A stretch of 64,000 nt of DNA from Macrostomum lignano (lineage: Eukaryota), in contig NIVC01002760.1 in the NCBI GenBank assembly GCA_002269645.1, positions 1 through 64,000 of the forward strand, given 5' to 3'. Made by a program: the position numbers and the translations under genes. Below, one piece after another: positions 1 through 10,912 of this stretch. Below the pieces are notes generated by a model. That model searched no databases. It was given only the letters and a program-made list of their open reading frames with translations, and was not told where the DNA came from. Position 1 is the first letter of the stretch; each line of letters opens with the position of its first letter.

Positions 1-2074
1 TCTTGAAGAAATCTGTTATGTATTGTTGTTGGAATTCACGTTTCTCACGTTGGGCTAGAGTCCTATAGTATTCACTCTCTGTTGCGGCAGTGTAAATTTC
101 TCTAATAAGCATAAATGTTTTTTCCTCAGTTTCTAAAAATTCATAATTCTCTCAAAGAAGTGAGCAAACCAATTACATTCTGTATGAATTCATTAGTGTT
201 TTCAATTACGCTTTTCGATCGATATATTTCACCCTTTGTTTGCTTGAAAATTTCTAGTAGGTGTTTCATCTCAGCAAACTTATATTTATCTTAAACTCCT
301 CACTTTTAAATATGATCGGCTTTATAAATGTGTTCTCGCATGATCAATGATGTCGGTATCTGTTGTATATTTGCAGGTAATTAATATTTATAATTCGTCT
401 TTCTGCATCTCCAATATTTTGTCTAAAGTCAGGCTTGTTATTACATTCGACTATAGGGTTGTGTAAAACGACATTACACTGGCTTGAATATAAATTTCTA
501 GCTTGGATAACCCCACCACCAGTTAGTAATTTTATTGATGCATTGTTCAAGACACCACTTACTTCTTGACTGATAACCAACCTCTTTTTATTAATTTGTG
601 CTAGGGCTGGTTGTGGCCTGTCTATTCTTATTGGTAAATTCAAAACATCAGGACTCAGTGGTGCTGCATAATCAGATCCTAGAGTTCTAAGAAGTAGGTT
701 GTCCTCAACCCCTTGCCATTTCCACCAGCGCCATCAAACATTATAAAGTTTTCAACATTCTTACCCATTAGAGCTGTGGCTATAACGGATTCCCAACTTT
801 TTCTATTTTCTGGATCGGGATGAATTTGGTTATGCAGATTAACAATGAAGCCATAGTCGTAATCACTCACTCCAAGTACATCCGAGTAATTATATCCCAC
901 CGATTTAGTAACGTAATCGTCATATCTATACTCGCGAAACTCACCTGTAAGGAGGTCGTATACTCCATCGTTAAACCCTAGCAATTCCATTTCATGTCGA
1001 ATTCAATTTCATTGTTAGTAAACCTCTCTTTGAACAAAGTAGTTACCTGTTTGAGTTTGTTGGCTCCTTGTATTGAATTTATATTCTTTATTGTACTCTG
1101 TAGTTTCTTTTCAAGTGCTTTTAACTTCTCTTTATCATCAGCCGCCTTCTTAATTGCAATTTCGAGTCTAGTCTTTCGGTGGTTTAACTCACTGCTAACA
1201 AGTTCTGATATTTTAAGAAATATGTCATTTATACTACTTAGTTCTCTCCACTTATCATCATCAAAATAGTAAATACCATCGCTATTGTAAATTATATTAT
1301 TCTTCTTATATTCATAAACAAAGTTGGTTATGTTAACGTCAGTGAAATTATCATCAAGATACTCAATCCTACCATAGTAATCATATTTGCTTTTCCATTC
1401 CTTATATTTACAATAATTTTCTTCACTAGCCCATTTCTTCAACGTACCGATAGTAAGTCTGTCCTGTGCATCAGCAGAGCTGGTATTGGTGCTATTCCAC
1501 ACATTTTTACATGCCTCGGAATCGAACTTATCATAATTTACTTTTGACCAATCAGTGAATACTTTGTACATTTCATCACCACTGTCTATGTCGCGGAGTA
1601 TAAGTGCAACCTTGTACCAAGAATCATAGTCTTGGTTTTTGTGTTGTATTATACTTAACAACTTTGAAACTCCTTCACAACTGGGTGATGGAACGGTGCT
1701 TTTTAGTGCCTGTTTATCTTGTTCTTGGATTTCATTTTTATCCGTGGCTTTATTAATCTATTTATCTCATCAAGAATTACATCTGGCATGTCTATAAGTC
1801 CCTCGCACTTTGTACGTTTGTATTCCTTCATTTCACCATCCACATAATAGAAACCTGGTGGAGCAAATACTAAAGCTGGAATATCAAAACCCACACTTTG
1901 TTGAATCGTTACTTTCAATCCATCTACTTTGTTAAAGTAAAAGTGGTGTCCCTTGTTTGTCTGAACAACCCAATCACAATGAGTCATACACAGTTCATTC
2001 AACTCAGGGCATAGGTCAGCATTATCAATATCGATTACGGTTATATTTGAGTTTCTAGTATCTATCCAAATCAT
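1..2074 (-). CDS. PrimPol + PriCT-2 + D5/SF3 helicase multidomain replication protein, split by single-base frameshifts; the N-terminus probably extends towards ~2340
   Basis: 1703-2074: VIDID...TNKGHHFYF (AEP/PrimPol motifs). 978-1661: YDSWYKVAL...FTDWS...W (PriCT-2). 679-990: LGFNDGVYDLLTGEFR (D5_N) and Walker A GAGGNGKG. 344-643: KKRLVISQE...IKLLTGG...ARNLY...ECNNKP (SF3). One extra base in homopolymer runs at ~1740, ~990 and ~705 joins the frames. Confidence 0.9.
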
Positions 2075-2360
2075 GTTGTCTACCTCTGGTCGAAATGGTG
2101 GGAGGTTGAATTCCTATCTGCTTTGTTTGGCATTCCTGACGGTATTTTTTTCTTTGTTTTACTATTCCATGTTACACTGCAACTTCCGAATTTAAAATTA
2201 AGTTCTCATAGAGATTAATTAGTTTATCGTACGATTTTGTTTGTTTTAAATTTGTCAATCTTGGTGGTGGGCATCATGTTTTTGAAGCGGATCCTGTACG
2301 ATCACAGGAGAGAAACTTGAATCGTTTTGATTTTTTCTTTCCATTTTATTTAAAATAAAT

Positions 2361-2700
2361 TTAACAATATAATTCATCAGTTTCAATGTACTTCTCAAGG
2401 GTTATGGGGAGTTTGAAAATGTTCAACTTAAGCATGACGAAAAATTCATCATTCCTTATGTGCTGTCTTGAAATCAATGCCCATTTATCAACATGTGCAA
2501 GATATACTCTGAATGAATACAAATAAGGGGGGCATTTACAATCGTGTGTTTTAATATTTCTGCTTTATATTCATCGTAAGCTTTATCAATTTCTTCAATT
2601 AGTCGAGCCTTTCGAGTGGTGTTTTTATTTGAGAGAAATTTATAATAGAATCATAATACTTTTGTGGCAGTGCATTTCGTACATTTGGGTTAGCTTCCAT
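2361..2700 (-). CDS. Hypothetical ~113-aa viral protein with two apparent frameshifts
   Basis: AAAAATG start at 2700. The reading frame is restored by adding one base at two short runs, and it ends TAA at 2361. No recognisable domain. Confidence 0.4.
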
Positions 2701-3176
2701 TTTTCTATGAAAAATTTAACATTTTTGCTTTCTTTTGGGCAAATTTCTATAGATAATCCAACTTTAGCATTTTCTGTGTATCATTATACTTTGTCTTCTT
2801 AATTTTTCGCTACTTTTGCGCCTACTTCATTGGCAGCTTTTTTATTATTGACTGTCTTTGCGATTCCGGCTGCACCTGCCTGTCTTATGAGAGGTAGATT
2901 GTCTTTTAGTAAGTTGGAATGGTGCTTCTAGTATCAAAATACCCTCTCCATTGTACTCTAGGGCTCACCTATTGTATACTCTCTTAGCTTGCGTGGATCT
3001 GTAACGGGGCACATTTTTGTCTATTTTTAGAAACAGAAAAATAAACACAGGAACAGAAAGACTTTCAGACACCAAAGGCCAAACTCCATTGGGCTAAATG
3101 TGGCCTGCTCAAAGCGGTGATATATTTGTTTAAATTATTACCTTAATAAATGTTTGATATCAAATCATGTTGATAA

Positions 3177-3752
3177 TTATGGCGCATTAGATGGTTCTAT
3201 ATCAGCGCGGCATGTTGGGCACCTAACCATGTTGCCCTCTTGAATTCCAGTGCGATAACATATTTCACAAACTACAGCTCGACAACATGCCATGGTAACG
3301 TTTGGTGGCCGTGGTTCGTGTTGGCAGATTGGACAAAGCCCTTGATTATTCCCCGGCTGAGCTGGATGGTTCTGTACTTGAGTCGGGTTATCCTCTGGTT
3401 GAATATCAGCTAGTTGGTGCTCCATATCTTGGCGATAAGCAACCAAGCGCCTCTCTGCTTCTTGAACGCGACGTTTTTGAAGATAGTAGTTCTAGGAAAG
3501 GGTTTGGTGCGCTCGTATATGATTTTTGTAAACTAAAACCTTATAATGTAAAAACACTTTTTAACTAACCTTTAGCTGATTAAAGAAGCGCTCTTCATTA
3601 GCCAAATTTTGTGGGTTATACTCCAAAAAGATGTTGATGGCAATATCTCTAAACATTGAGTTCCTATGGTGTTGTCGCAAATTTCGCTCTCGAATTCTAA
3701 GAGTTGCTCTAGCGGCAGTAAGCCTCTCGTGCAAATTCGAGAAAGAAGGCAT
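3177..3752 (-). CDS. Coiled-coil + RING-finger protein (165 aa), two exons 3570-3752 and 3177-3491, with a 78-nt spliceosomal intron at 3492-3569
   Basis: Donor AAG|GTTAGT and acceptor CCCTTTCCTAG|AAC. The phase-0 intron contains both in-frame stops. The spliced product ends in CPIC...CC...CEIC...CPTC (RING variant). Confidence 0.8.
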
Positions 3753-3970
3753 TGTAGGAATGATAATTTGTAAGAAGGTAAAGTTAGTAGAGAAAAATTA
3801 CTAGACCTTGCCGCTCGTGGCCATTCATTTATATATTTTTATGACAAAACGTCAGACCCCGCATTCCATTCAGACCAAAACACGAGACCAATTTTTATCT
3901 TTTTATTTTTCGAAATTTTCTTCTCGCGTTTTGGTCTCGCGTTTTGGTCTGAATGGAATGCATGACTCAG

Positions 3971-4448
3971 TGTAGCAAGAGTATAAGATAAAAAATATAA
4001 AACCCCGAATTCCTGTGTTAGTCATCGAGTGAAGTTTGCCTACTTGCTTTGCTATCTTGGTCGGACAATAGCCGACCATATTGTTGCGGTGCGAGCTTGC
4101 TTCTGTGTAGCAAGAGTAGATGAAAAATATAAAACCCCGAATTCCTGTGTTAGTCATCGAGTGAAGTTTGCCTACTTGCTTTGCTATCTTGGTCGGACAA
4201 TAGCCGACCATATTGTTGCGGTGCGAGCTTGCTTCTGTGTAGCAAGAGTATAAGATAAAAAATATACAACCCCGAATTCCTGCGTTACTCATTGAGTAAA
4301 GTTTGCCTACTTGCTTTGCTACGGTGGTTGGACAATAGCCGACCATATTATTGCTCTGCGAGATTGCTTCTGTGTGTAGCAAAAGTAGATGAAAAATATA
4401 CAACCCCGAATTCCTGCGTTAGTCACTGAGTGAAGTTTGCCTACTTGC
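3971..4448. repeat. ~135-bp tandem repeat (about 3.6 copies) in the viral intergenic region
   Basis: Unit starts TGTAGCAA at 3971, 4106, 4238 and 4375. Units contain GAATTC and the hairpin GGTCGG-acaatag-CCGACC. Confidence 0.9.
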
Positions 4449-4544
4449 CAGCTTCCTAAGATAGTAATTTTTGTTTATTGACCCCGTTGGGAGTTTTTGT
4501 GCTTATGTTGTGTGTTTTAATGGTGACTATGGTGTTATGTCTAA

Positions 4545-5890
4545 TTATGTGACAATTATGTCTAAAATCGGATAAAGTTGAAAGCCTGAAACAATAAGAA
4601 CAGTTGATCCTTCAGTGGCTGAATTAATATGCACTCTATAAACAGAGAATTTTTCGATGGAAGCTACTTCGAAATACTTCATCACTCCAGGAACTAAACC
4701 AGCGTTTTCGGTAGAAAAAATATTCTTAAAGTCTCTCTTGTTATTGCTTCCTTTCAGAATAAAACTTTTTGGTTGATTTTTTATAATTTCACTACCTACT
4801 GCTTTGGTTCCTTTCAATCCGAATTTCCAAATTTGAATAGATCGGAAGTTGTACTTCAATGTAAGAATTGGGTTCATTCCTCGATGCCCATTCTGAATTA
4901 GATACTATATAACCCCAATTATCTGACGTTTCAAATGCTCCTGATGACGCTACATTGAAACCCCTTTCTCTATAGTTTTGACGTGTTGCTAGTGGGGAAT
5001 ATATCCTGTATAAGATTTGAAACCTAGTCCCCGCCTTAGTCGCAGCTCCACTGATTCAAGTGCATTGTCTACGTATAGCTTTGGTACAGCTTGAAGTCTA
5101 TCTATAGGCCACACTAAATCATTAACCACTGTTTGTCTCTCAAGTAATTCAACTTTTGTAAGCTTTACGGAACCAGAAAAATTAAGAGAATAATGGAAAT
5201 AATATGAGGGATTGGGTATTTTTTTCCTAAGATGTGCATTGCCCCTTCGTAGTTCAATGGGTGCACTTTGTTCAACAGGTGTCCAGTTTGTTCCATTTAG
5301 GCTCACACTAACAGACCAACCAGGCCACACCTCTCCTTCCAACTTTATCTCTACAACTTTCCTAGCTCTTTTCAGAAATTGAACTCGTATCCACTTGTCT
5401 GAGTCATCTACACTGCTCCATTCTGAAGCTGGGTTTGAATCTGCAACATGATATGCTGCTGAAGAGTTATGAGAAGCGGTCACTTTCATGTCAGGATCGG
5501 AAGCGTTTGAAGTCAGTAATGAAAGAATATTGACTAATTTCGAACTCTCTGTACCCCCACAGTACCTTGCCTTTCTGCTAACAAAGTGTCAATTTCGGTT
5601 TTAGAATACATCTTAGTGTCAATTTCGGTTTTTGTGTAGACATTGTTTACGCGCCCATGAGCATCGTCAATTAATTGTAGCATGGTGATATTCATTGCGT
5701 CACTATCTTCCTTTGAATAAGAGTCTGAAACATTTCTCTTTGCTAACAATAAATTATCTATTTCCTCTCTCTTATATCCTTCATTTTCATTGATGTATCG
5801 ATCATCAGCTAACGCTATTGTTATTCCAGGCGCTATATCATTTGAATTTGACGAGTAACCAAATTGATTGGCAGTATTCTTGTAACTCAT
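4545..5890 (-). CDS. Fibre/spike-like virion protein: YTKxEID repeats plus two discoidin/F5-8C-like domains (frameshifted)
   Basis: 5534-5890 has YSKEDSD/YTKTEIDTK/YSKTEIDTL repeats. One added G in GTGGGGGTAC joins it to 4989-5489 (EWSS...WIRVQF...SLNGTNWT). The later frames give GYIP(P)L...EWASRNEPNSYIEVQLP...IQIWKFGLKG, a second jelly-roll-like module. Confidence 0.6.
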
Positions 5891-6318
5891 TTTAATTGCT
5901 GCAAAATTTCATTATAGCTATCTCCTTTATCGATTCGGTGTAAAAAGTACAGCGACATTTGACCACAATATTTCTTATCAAAAGTTTGAATTTGTTCTTC
6001 CATGTCTCCACATATTCTATTCTTTGTGTGATTAAACTTTTCCATAATTTCCAGTGTGGGTGGTAGTGCATAGGAATCAAAAAAATAAACCTTATCAGGA
6101 GCTGAAAATATAGCTGAATGATGTATACCCCGTTCTTTCGAAGTGTGAATATTTGTCATAAAGTAACCATACTGTGGTAAATCAACAATTTCATCTCTCA
6201 TGGCATAGCGAAATGGTTTTAACTTGAGATATTTTGCCCAATTTATCAGATCAATATTAGTCGTAGTGTCAGTCCCAAACTTTTGTTTAAATGCATTCCA
6301 TGTCTCAGCTTCGCTCAT
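5887..6318 (-). CDS. Adenain-like cysteine (maturation) protease
   Basis: Catalytic motifs in order: GIHH (His), FFDSY (Asp), QIQ (oxyanion Gln), YCGQ (Cys). The likely start is AAAAATG at 6318. Confidence 0.92.
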   Translation of the reverse strand: MSEAETWNAFKQKFGTDTTTNIDLINWAKYLKLKPFRYAMRDEIVDLPQYGYFMTNIHTSKERGIHHSAIFSAPDKVYFFDSYALPPTLEIMEKFNHTKNRICGDMEEQIQTFDKKYCGQMSLYFLHRIDKGDSYNEILQQLK

Positions 6319-6327
6319 TTTTAACAC

Positions 6328-7117
6328 TCATATTTGTCGTACGTGTAGATTTATAAATATTTCCTCGCCATCAAAGTCGTATAGAACACCAGACTCATCT
6401 TCGATGACAAAGTCGAATGTGCTCAACATGTTTGTAGTTAGTGGTAGGTACACAGGATTTGCAGGTCTTGAATAATTTTACTTCCCATTGGGACAGAGAA
6501 CGATGGAATTGAAAGAAGTATTTGCTTATCAATTAAATGATCTCCATTGGCTGGATCAGTGATAAAACCCCCTTTGATATTGAGACAACGAACCATGATC
6601 GCACTTCTAGCTCCGTCTATCCGAGCTGGATTTGGAGCTCTCTCAAATGGTTTCAAATACACTTCCGAATTGAATCCCAACAGTCTTCTAAAGTTATTGG
6701 AATGTGCATCCCTGAAATCAACTTGATAATCTGTGGCTAACCGTAACTCAACTCTACGCGTGTCTAGGCTTGCACTGAAAACAATAGCCCCCTCTTTCCA
6801 ATCATTTGCAGCTGTTAGCAATCTTAGAATCTCGCTTGACAGACTTTTAACTTCCCAAGATCCCGCTTGAATCTTTATTTTTTCCATGTTCTACCACTAT
6901 CCCTCGAGTATCGCAACTCATTATTGCCTCCTTCAATATTGTTAATAGCATCAAAGACTGCAAACTTTTTTATACCAGCTTCGTATTCTCGATCTTCATA
7001 CAAATTTATAGGAGTGCCTAGAGTTTGTCGAAATGGGTTTTTAATTGAAAAGAAGTCAAATGTGCGTTGAAACTTTTTACTCAAGAGGATGTTGACTTTT
7101 TCTATTTCTTTTTCCAT
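6328..7117 (-). CDS. Minor capsid protein (penton), two single-base frameshifts
   Basis: Three frames (6875-7117, 6438-6887, ~6328-6465) join into a Polinton penton-like protein: NNELRYS...IQAGSWEV...LLGF...PANPVYLPL...FVIEDESGVLYDFDGEEIFINLHVRQI*. Confidence 0.85.
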
Positions 7118-7119
7118 TT

Positions 7120-7850
7120 TTAAGCAAGTAATTCTACTAGCTCTTTATCAACATTGTTATGTCCCTCTGCTTTTGCGGCTAGTAATGTCAACACTCTTTC
7201 ACTGAGTCCAGATCCCGGTTTTACTCGATATCCTGGTGGATTATCTTTCAATATCCTTACTGCTTGCTTATAATTCCCACTTGATTTGGCCGCTGGATTT
7301 TTACAATGTTCAATGAGGTTAACATAATCCTGCAATGTTTGCATCTTGAATTGCTTCAGCTCTTCACCATTTTCAGTTACTTTAGGCATTTTGAACAACT
7401 CTTCAAGATCTTCAGAAAATGGCATTCGAACTTCATTGACAATGATGTCTCGACCTTGTTCATGGAATTCAACATCTATTACAGATGATCCAAATATATA
7501 TCCAGCATCAGTTTTTTGAATCCGTATACTAGGCGCTGGTCTTTGAGTTATTGGAATCTTTCCAATTTCTTCAATTATTTTGTCAAATACTTCTAGGGTT
7601 CAAATCGGCCTTTTGGTGTACTTGATTGCGGAACTGGAACTTTTTGATTCTGAAGTTTATCAACAAGGTTGGCATTGACATCAATAAATTCATCGAGCTT
7701 TTCTGTGACAGGTTTTTGAGCTAATGGAGCCACTCTTGCATATAAACTCTCTTCTCCAATTTTCAAATAGCGTTGAGCATCATTTCTGGATTTGTACATT
7801 TCTCGCTGCTTTGCTAAATTAATGAGTTCTCTTATATATTCATTAGTCAT
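7120..7850 (-). CDS. Conserved Maverick-type virion protein (~243 aa) with one frameshift at 7595
   Basis: ORF 7593-7850 joins 7120-7425 through an open frame if GAACCCTAG is read as GAACCCCTAG. The C-terminal GSGL...LTLLAAKAEGHNN resembles the conserved Maverick LLxAxxxAGN motif. Confidence 0.6.
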
Positions 7851-7852
7851 TT

Positions 7853-8622
7853 TTACAATGGGATTTTAGTTAGAACATCCTTATACAAATCTTGCTCATC
7901 CTCATCAGCTCTTGTATTTATATAGATATAGCCATACTTCTTTTTCCAAGCCTCTCTACATTTAGCCTTGAATATAGCGGGTTCATAATTCGTTTCTATA
8001 TTTCTAGCAATGTGATTTAAGTTTGTATCTTTTTGTTTAAAGATTATGTAACATGTCGTATTCTCCCTGACAGTATTGCGATCTAGTTTGGTAAAATTTT
8101 GAGCTAGATAAAAACCACAACAGTTTCCATGCCTGCCTCTCTGAAACAGACTTTCCTGAAATGTTTGATTAGCCTCTCCCAAAACATCGTCCAATATCAC
8201 ACATGTCTTTAGTCCATTATGAAAAATTTCTTCATTTGGAGTATGGGAAAGAGTGACAGAATTTTCTCTATTACTTCTGAATTTTCTGATGTGCTTTGCA
8301 CTCGACCAGGTCGGCTGCCTCGACAAATATGCTTAATATCTTCAGGAGATGCATCCTCACTCACCTGGTAGACATGATAGAGTGAGTTGATAAGAGAAGG
8401 TGGGAGACCATTTTCAAAGCCATGCTTTAGAAACTGATACTCTGGATCCATTTGAGATGCTCTGGGAACATATAAAACTAACTCATTAAAGTCAACTAGT
8501 TTTTCAGGACTTGTAAGAATATGGAATAGTAAATATGTTTTACCCGTATTTGTAGCGCCGATAATACAACATAAAAGAGGATTAGGGAAAATAGGATCAT
8601 GCTGAAATTTTACTTTGGGCAT
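7853..8622 (-). CDS. A32/FtsK-like DNA-packaging ATPase, one frameshift at ~8260-8330
   Basis: Walker A IIGATNTGKT, Walker B VILDD, FQRGRHGN...YLAQNF and A32-type C-terminal WKKKYGYIYIN. Confidence 0.93.
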
Positions 8623-8643
8623 TTAAAAAAAGAAAAAATGACC

Positions 8644-10008
8644 TTATTCGACGCGGGTCATTTGATATTCACTGGTAACTTTTATTACATTCTTTGTTTG
8701 TTCAAGAATTAGTGCAAAAGCAGTCAGCTCAACATTTGTTGACTTCTTGATAAATAATTGAATATTCACTCCACTCTTGACCAGAAACTCATCTTGAGCT
8801 GTTAGATCAAAGCAAAAGATTGGATAGATGGTTAGAAAGTCTTGTTTATTGAATGGAGGAGTTACACCGAAACGGCTGCAGATGTCTTCGTACATTTCAT
8901 ACGCTCTGTGAATGTCTTGAGCTACTGGATCAATTTCAACATAATCATTCGGATACATCACCTGATTTAATCTGACTTGAAGCTGGGTTATTTTCACTGA
9001 ATTTGCTCCAGTTTTGTAAGACACATACTTGTGATCATTAACTATATATGATGGGTTGTTTACGTCATATTTGAAAGCTACAAAGATTGCAAGTGGCATA
9101 TTGGAGATGTTGGCTATGTTCCATGTATATGGACTTCCTTGAATGAGTTGTGGTGGAACCGTTACCCTCTCTGGAAATGATACTGTAATGTCCTTGTTGA
9201 GTGATTTTAGAAAAGCTGCTTCAGCACTGGGTGACAAAGTAATAGCAGGGATCCAAATCTCAAAGCTATTAATAGTTAACTTAGCTTCCGTCCCGGCAGC
9301 TCCAAAGAAAATTTCAGCATCGTTAGTCTTTCTTGTCCATGTGAATTTATATTTAATTCCTTTGCTAATCTTCTGCCAATCAAGGAACCCAATGAGAGGT
9401 GTTAATGATAGTTTGATTGTTCCACCTCTGTTTGGAGCATTAGTGACATTGTTATAATTTTCAAGCCTCCTAATGTATCCAGTATTCGAATCCTTCTTAT
9501 TGAGTCTATTTTTCATAGCGATTGCTGCAGTTCTCACAGCTTCAGCATCTGCGTTGTTTGCTAGAGGTATATCAGAAACAGTCCCAGCATCTCCAGTGTC
9601 TGGAATCCATCCGTATGCTTCTCCAACTTCATTCATTAATTTTGAGTACATTACGGACTTTAAGATTGTGTCATACTCTCCAGGATCATTATAGACTTTC
9701 TTTGTTCCTCCAATGTCAACTATGAGTTGAGAGAAAAGTCTCATAGGCCAATTATGTTCTAGAGTAATGTTCGTATTCAAGTCGGTGTTATCTCGTTGTG
9801 TTATTGAGTATTTTATACAACCGAATGCCTCTGACATGAGAATGTATGACTCTGTTGAATTGACTTCATGAACTATTTGACCTCCTGCAACATTGAGATT
9901 ATTAGTGCTACCTGGAGTTGGAGAAATCTTAATATAGTCTTCTTTCTTTTTGAAAAAGCTAAAAGTTTTGTCCTCATATATGCTCAGTATATCCTTTTTG
10001 TTCTCCAT
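8644..10008 (-). CDS. Double-jelly-roll major capsid protein (454 aa, intact)
   Basis: Intact ORF next to the ATPase and penton. Motifs LFSQLIVDIGG, LTINSFEIWIP, QVRLNQVMYP, YPIFCFDLTAQDE resemble Polinton MCPs. Confidence 0.88.
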   Translation of the reverse strand: MENKKDILSIYEDKTFSFFKKKEDYIKISPTPGSTNNLNVAGGQIVHEVNSTESYILMSEAFGCIKYSITQRDNTDLNTNITLEHNWPMRLFSQLIVDIGGTKKVYNDPGEYDTILKSVMYSKLMNEVGEAYGWIPDTGDAGTVSDIPLANNADAEAVRTAAIAMKNRLNKKDSNTGYIRRLENYNNVTNAPNRGGTIKLSLTPLIGFLDWQKISKGIKYKFTWTRKTNDAEIFFGAAGTEAKLTINSFEIWIPAITLSPSAEAAFLKSLNKDITVSFPERVTVPPQLIQGSPYTWNIANISNMPLAIFVAFKYDVNNPSYIVNDHKYVSYKTGANSVKITQLQVRLNQVMYPNDYVEIDPVAQDIHRAYEMYEDICSRFGVTPPFNKQDFLTIYPIFCFDLTAQDEFLVKSGVNIQLFIKKSTNVELTAFALILEQTKNVIKVTSEYQMTRVE

Positions 10009-10028
10009 TTTTATAAGAGAAATTTCAA

Positions 10029-10481
10029 CTAAGCTTCATGAGGTCTAAGAATTATCCCATTACCCTGTTTCTCCTTTTCAACTTTAAAAGTCTTTAGCAG
10101 CCACTTGACTGCTTCGCTGGGTACTTGTTCGACTCTTTTAGCCGCATCAACTAATACTCCACTCCCTTGAGCCTTTTTCAACTCTTCTAGTTTTTGCCGT
10201 TCAATGCTTTCTATTGTCTTATTATGTTTAGCATTGTTGGCTGTATTAACACTTTTTGCAATCATTGTACCAACTCCTGAGGCTGCTCCGATACCACCCA
10301 AAATTGCTGGTAGTAAGCCTAATAGAGGAATTATTCCACCTTCATGTTCTTTCTGTTTCTCTTGCAATTCTCGAATCTTCTCTTTAGAAAGATATTGCTT
10401 TTGCTTATTTACAGTAACATATCTTGGTTTTCCCTCTCGAACATATCGATTGAGTCTTGCTTCAGTGTTTTTCTCGCTCAT
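10029..10481 (-). CDS. Adenovirus pX-like core protein
   Basis: HEGG-IIPLLGLLPAILGGIGAASG resembles the adenovirus pX C-terminus (MRGG-ILPLLIPLIAAAIGA), following an adenain-type GG site. Confidence 0.7.
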   Translation of the reverse strand: MSEKNTEARLNRYVREGKPRYVTVNKQKQYLSKEKIRELQEKQKEHEGGIIPLLGLLPAILGGIGAASGVGTMIAKSVNTANNAKHNKTIESIERQKLEELKKAQGSGVLVDAAKRVEQVPSEAVKWLLKTFKVEKEKQGNGIILRPHEA

Positions 10482-10489
10482 TTTTAAGG

Positions 10490-10912
10490 TCAGAATTTCT
10501 TCAAACCATTGCCTTGTCTCAAAGACACTTGAGACTGTTCTGCTGTTCCTAGAGCCTTTTTAACAATATCTTGAATAGCCTTATTTGATTGAGAAGCTAT
10601 CTGTTGCTCTTCTTCCATTCTTTTCTTTGCTTCTTTATCTCTACGTTTCTTTTTAATATATTCCAGTTCCTCACCTGCTTTAGACATGTCACTGTATGAT
10701 TTCTTCGCATCGAATATGTTCTTCGCTGTGGTAGCTGTTTTACCTATTGCATCAGCTCCACTCACAATTTTACTTCCATGATTTGATAAAAAGTTTGTGA
10801 CACCACTGATCATATCACCAATTCCTTCACCCTCTTTATCAGCTAGTAGTTGTGAATCAGACGTTTCAATCTGACCTTTCGCCCGTTTGCAGTTTGTTCG
10901 ATAGGCGCTCAT
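10490..10912 (-). CDS. Small virion protein with a GEG-preceded amphipathic helix (pVI/cupiennin-like, putative)
   Basis: AAAAATG at 10912 gives 140 aa. KEGEG-IGDMISGVTNFLSNHGSKIV is amphipathic after a GxG site. The C-terminus is QGNGLKKF. Confidence 0.5.
   Translation of the reverse strand: MSAYRTNCKRAKGQIETSDSQLLADKEGEGIGDMISGVTNFLSNHGSKIVSGADAIGKTATTAKNIFDAKKSYSDMSKAGEELEYIKKKRRDKEAKKRMEEEQQIASQSNKAIQDIVKKALGTAEQSQVSLRQGNGLKKF

Noticed and set aside
3971-4448. 135-bp repeats as hammerhead retrozymes, or as the 166-aa ORF 3903-4403
   Set aside because: There is no CUGANGA/GAAA core on either strand. The ORF simply mirrors the repeat.
679-8330. Programmed ribosomal frameshifting in viral genes
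   Set aside because: There are too many sites, none has a consistent slippery heptamer plus pseudoknot, and all are homopolymer-length changes.
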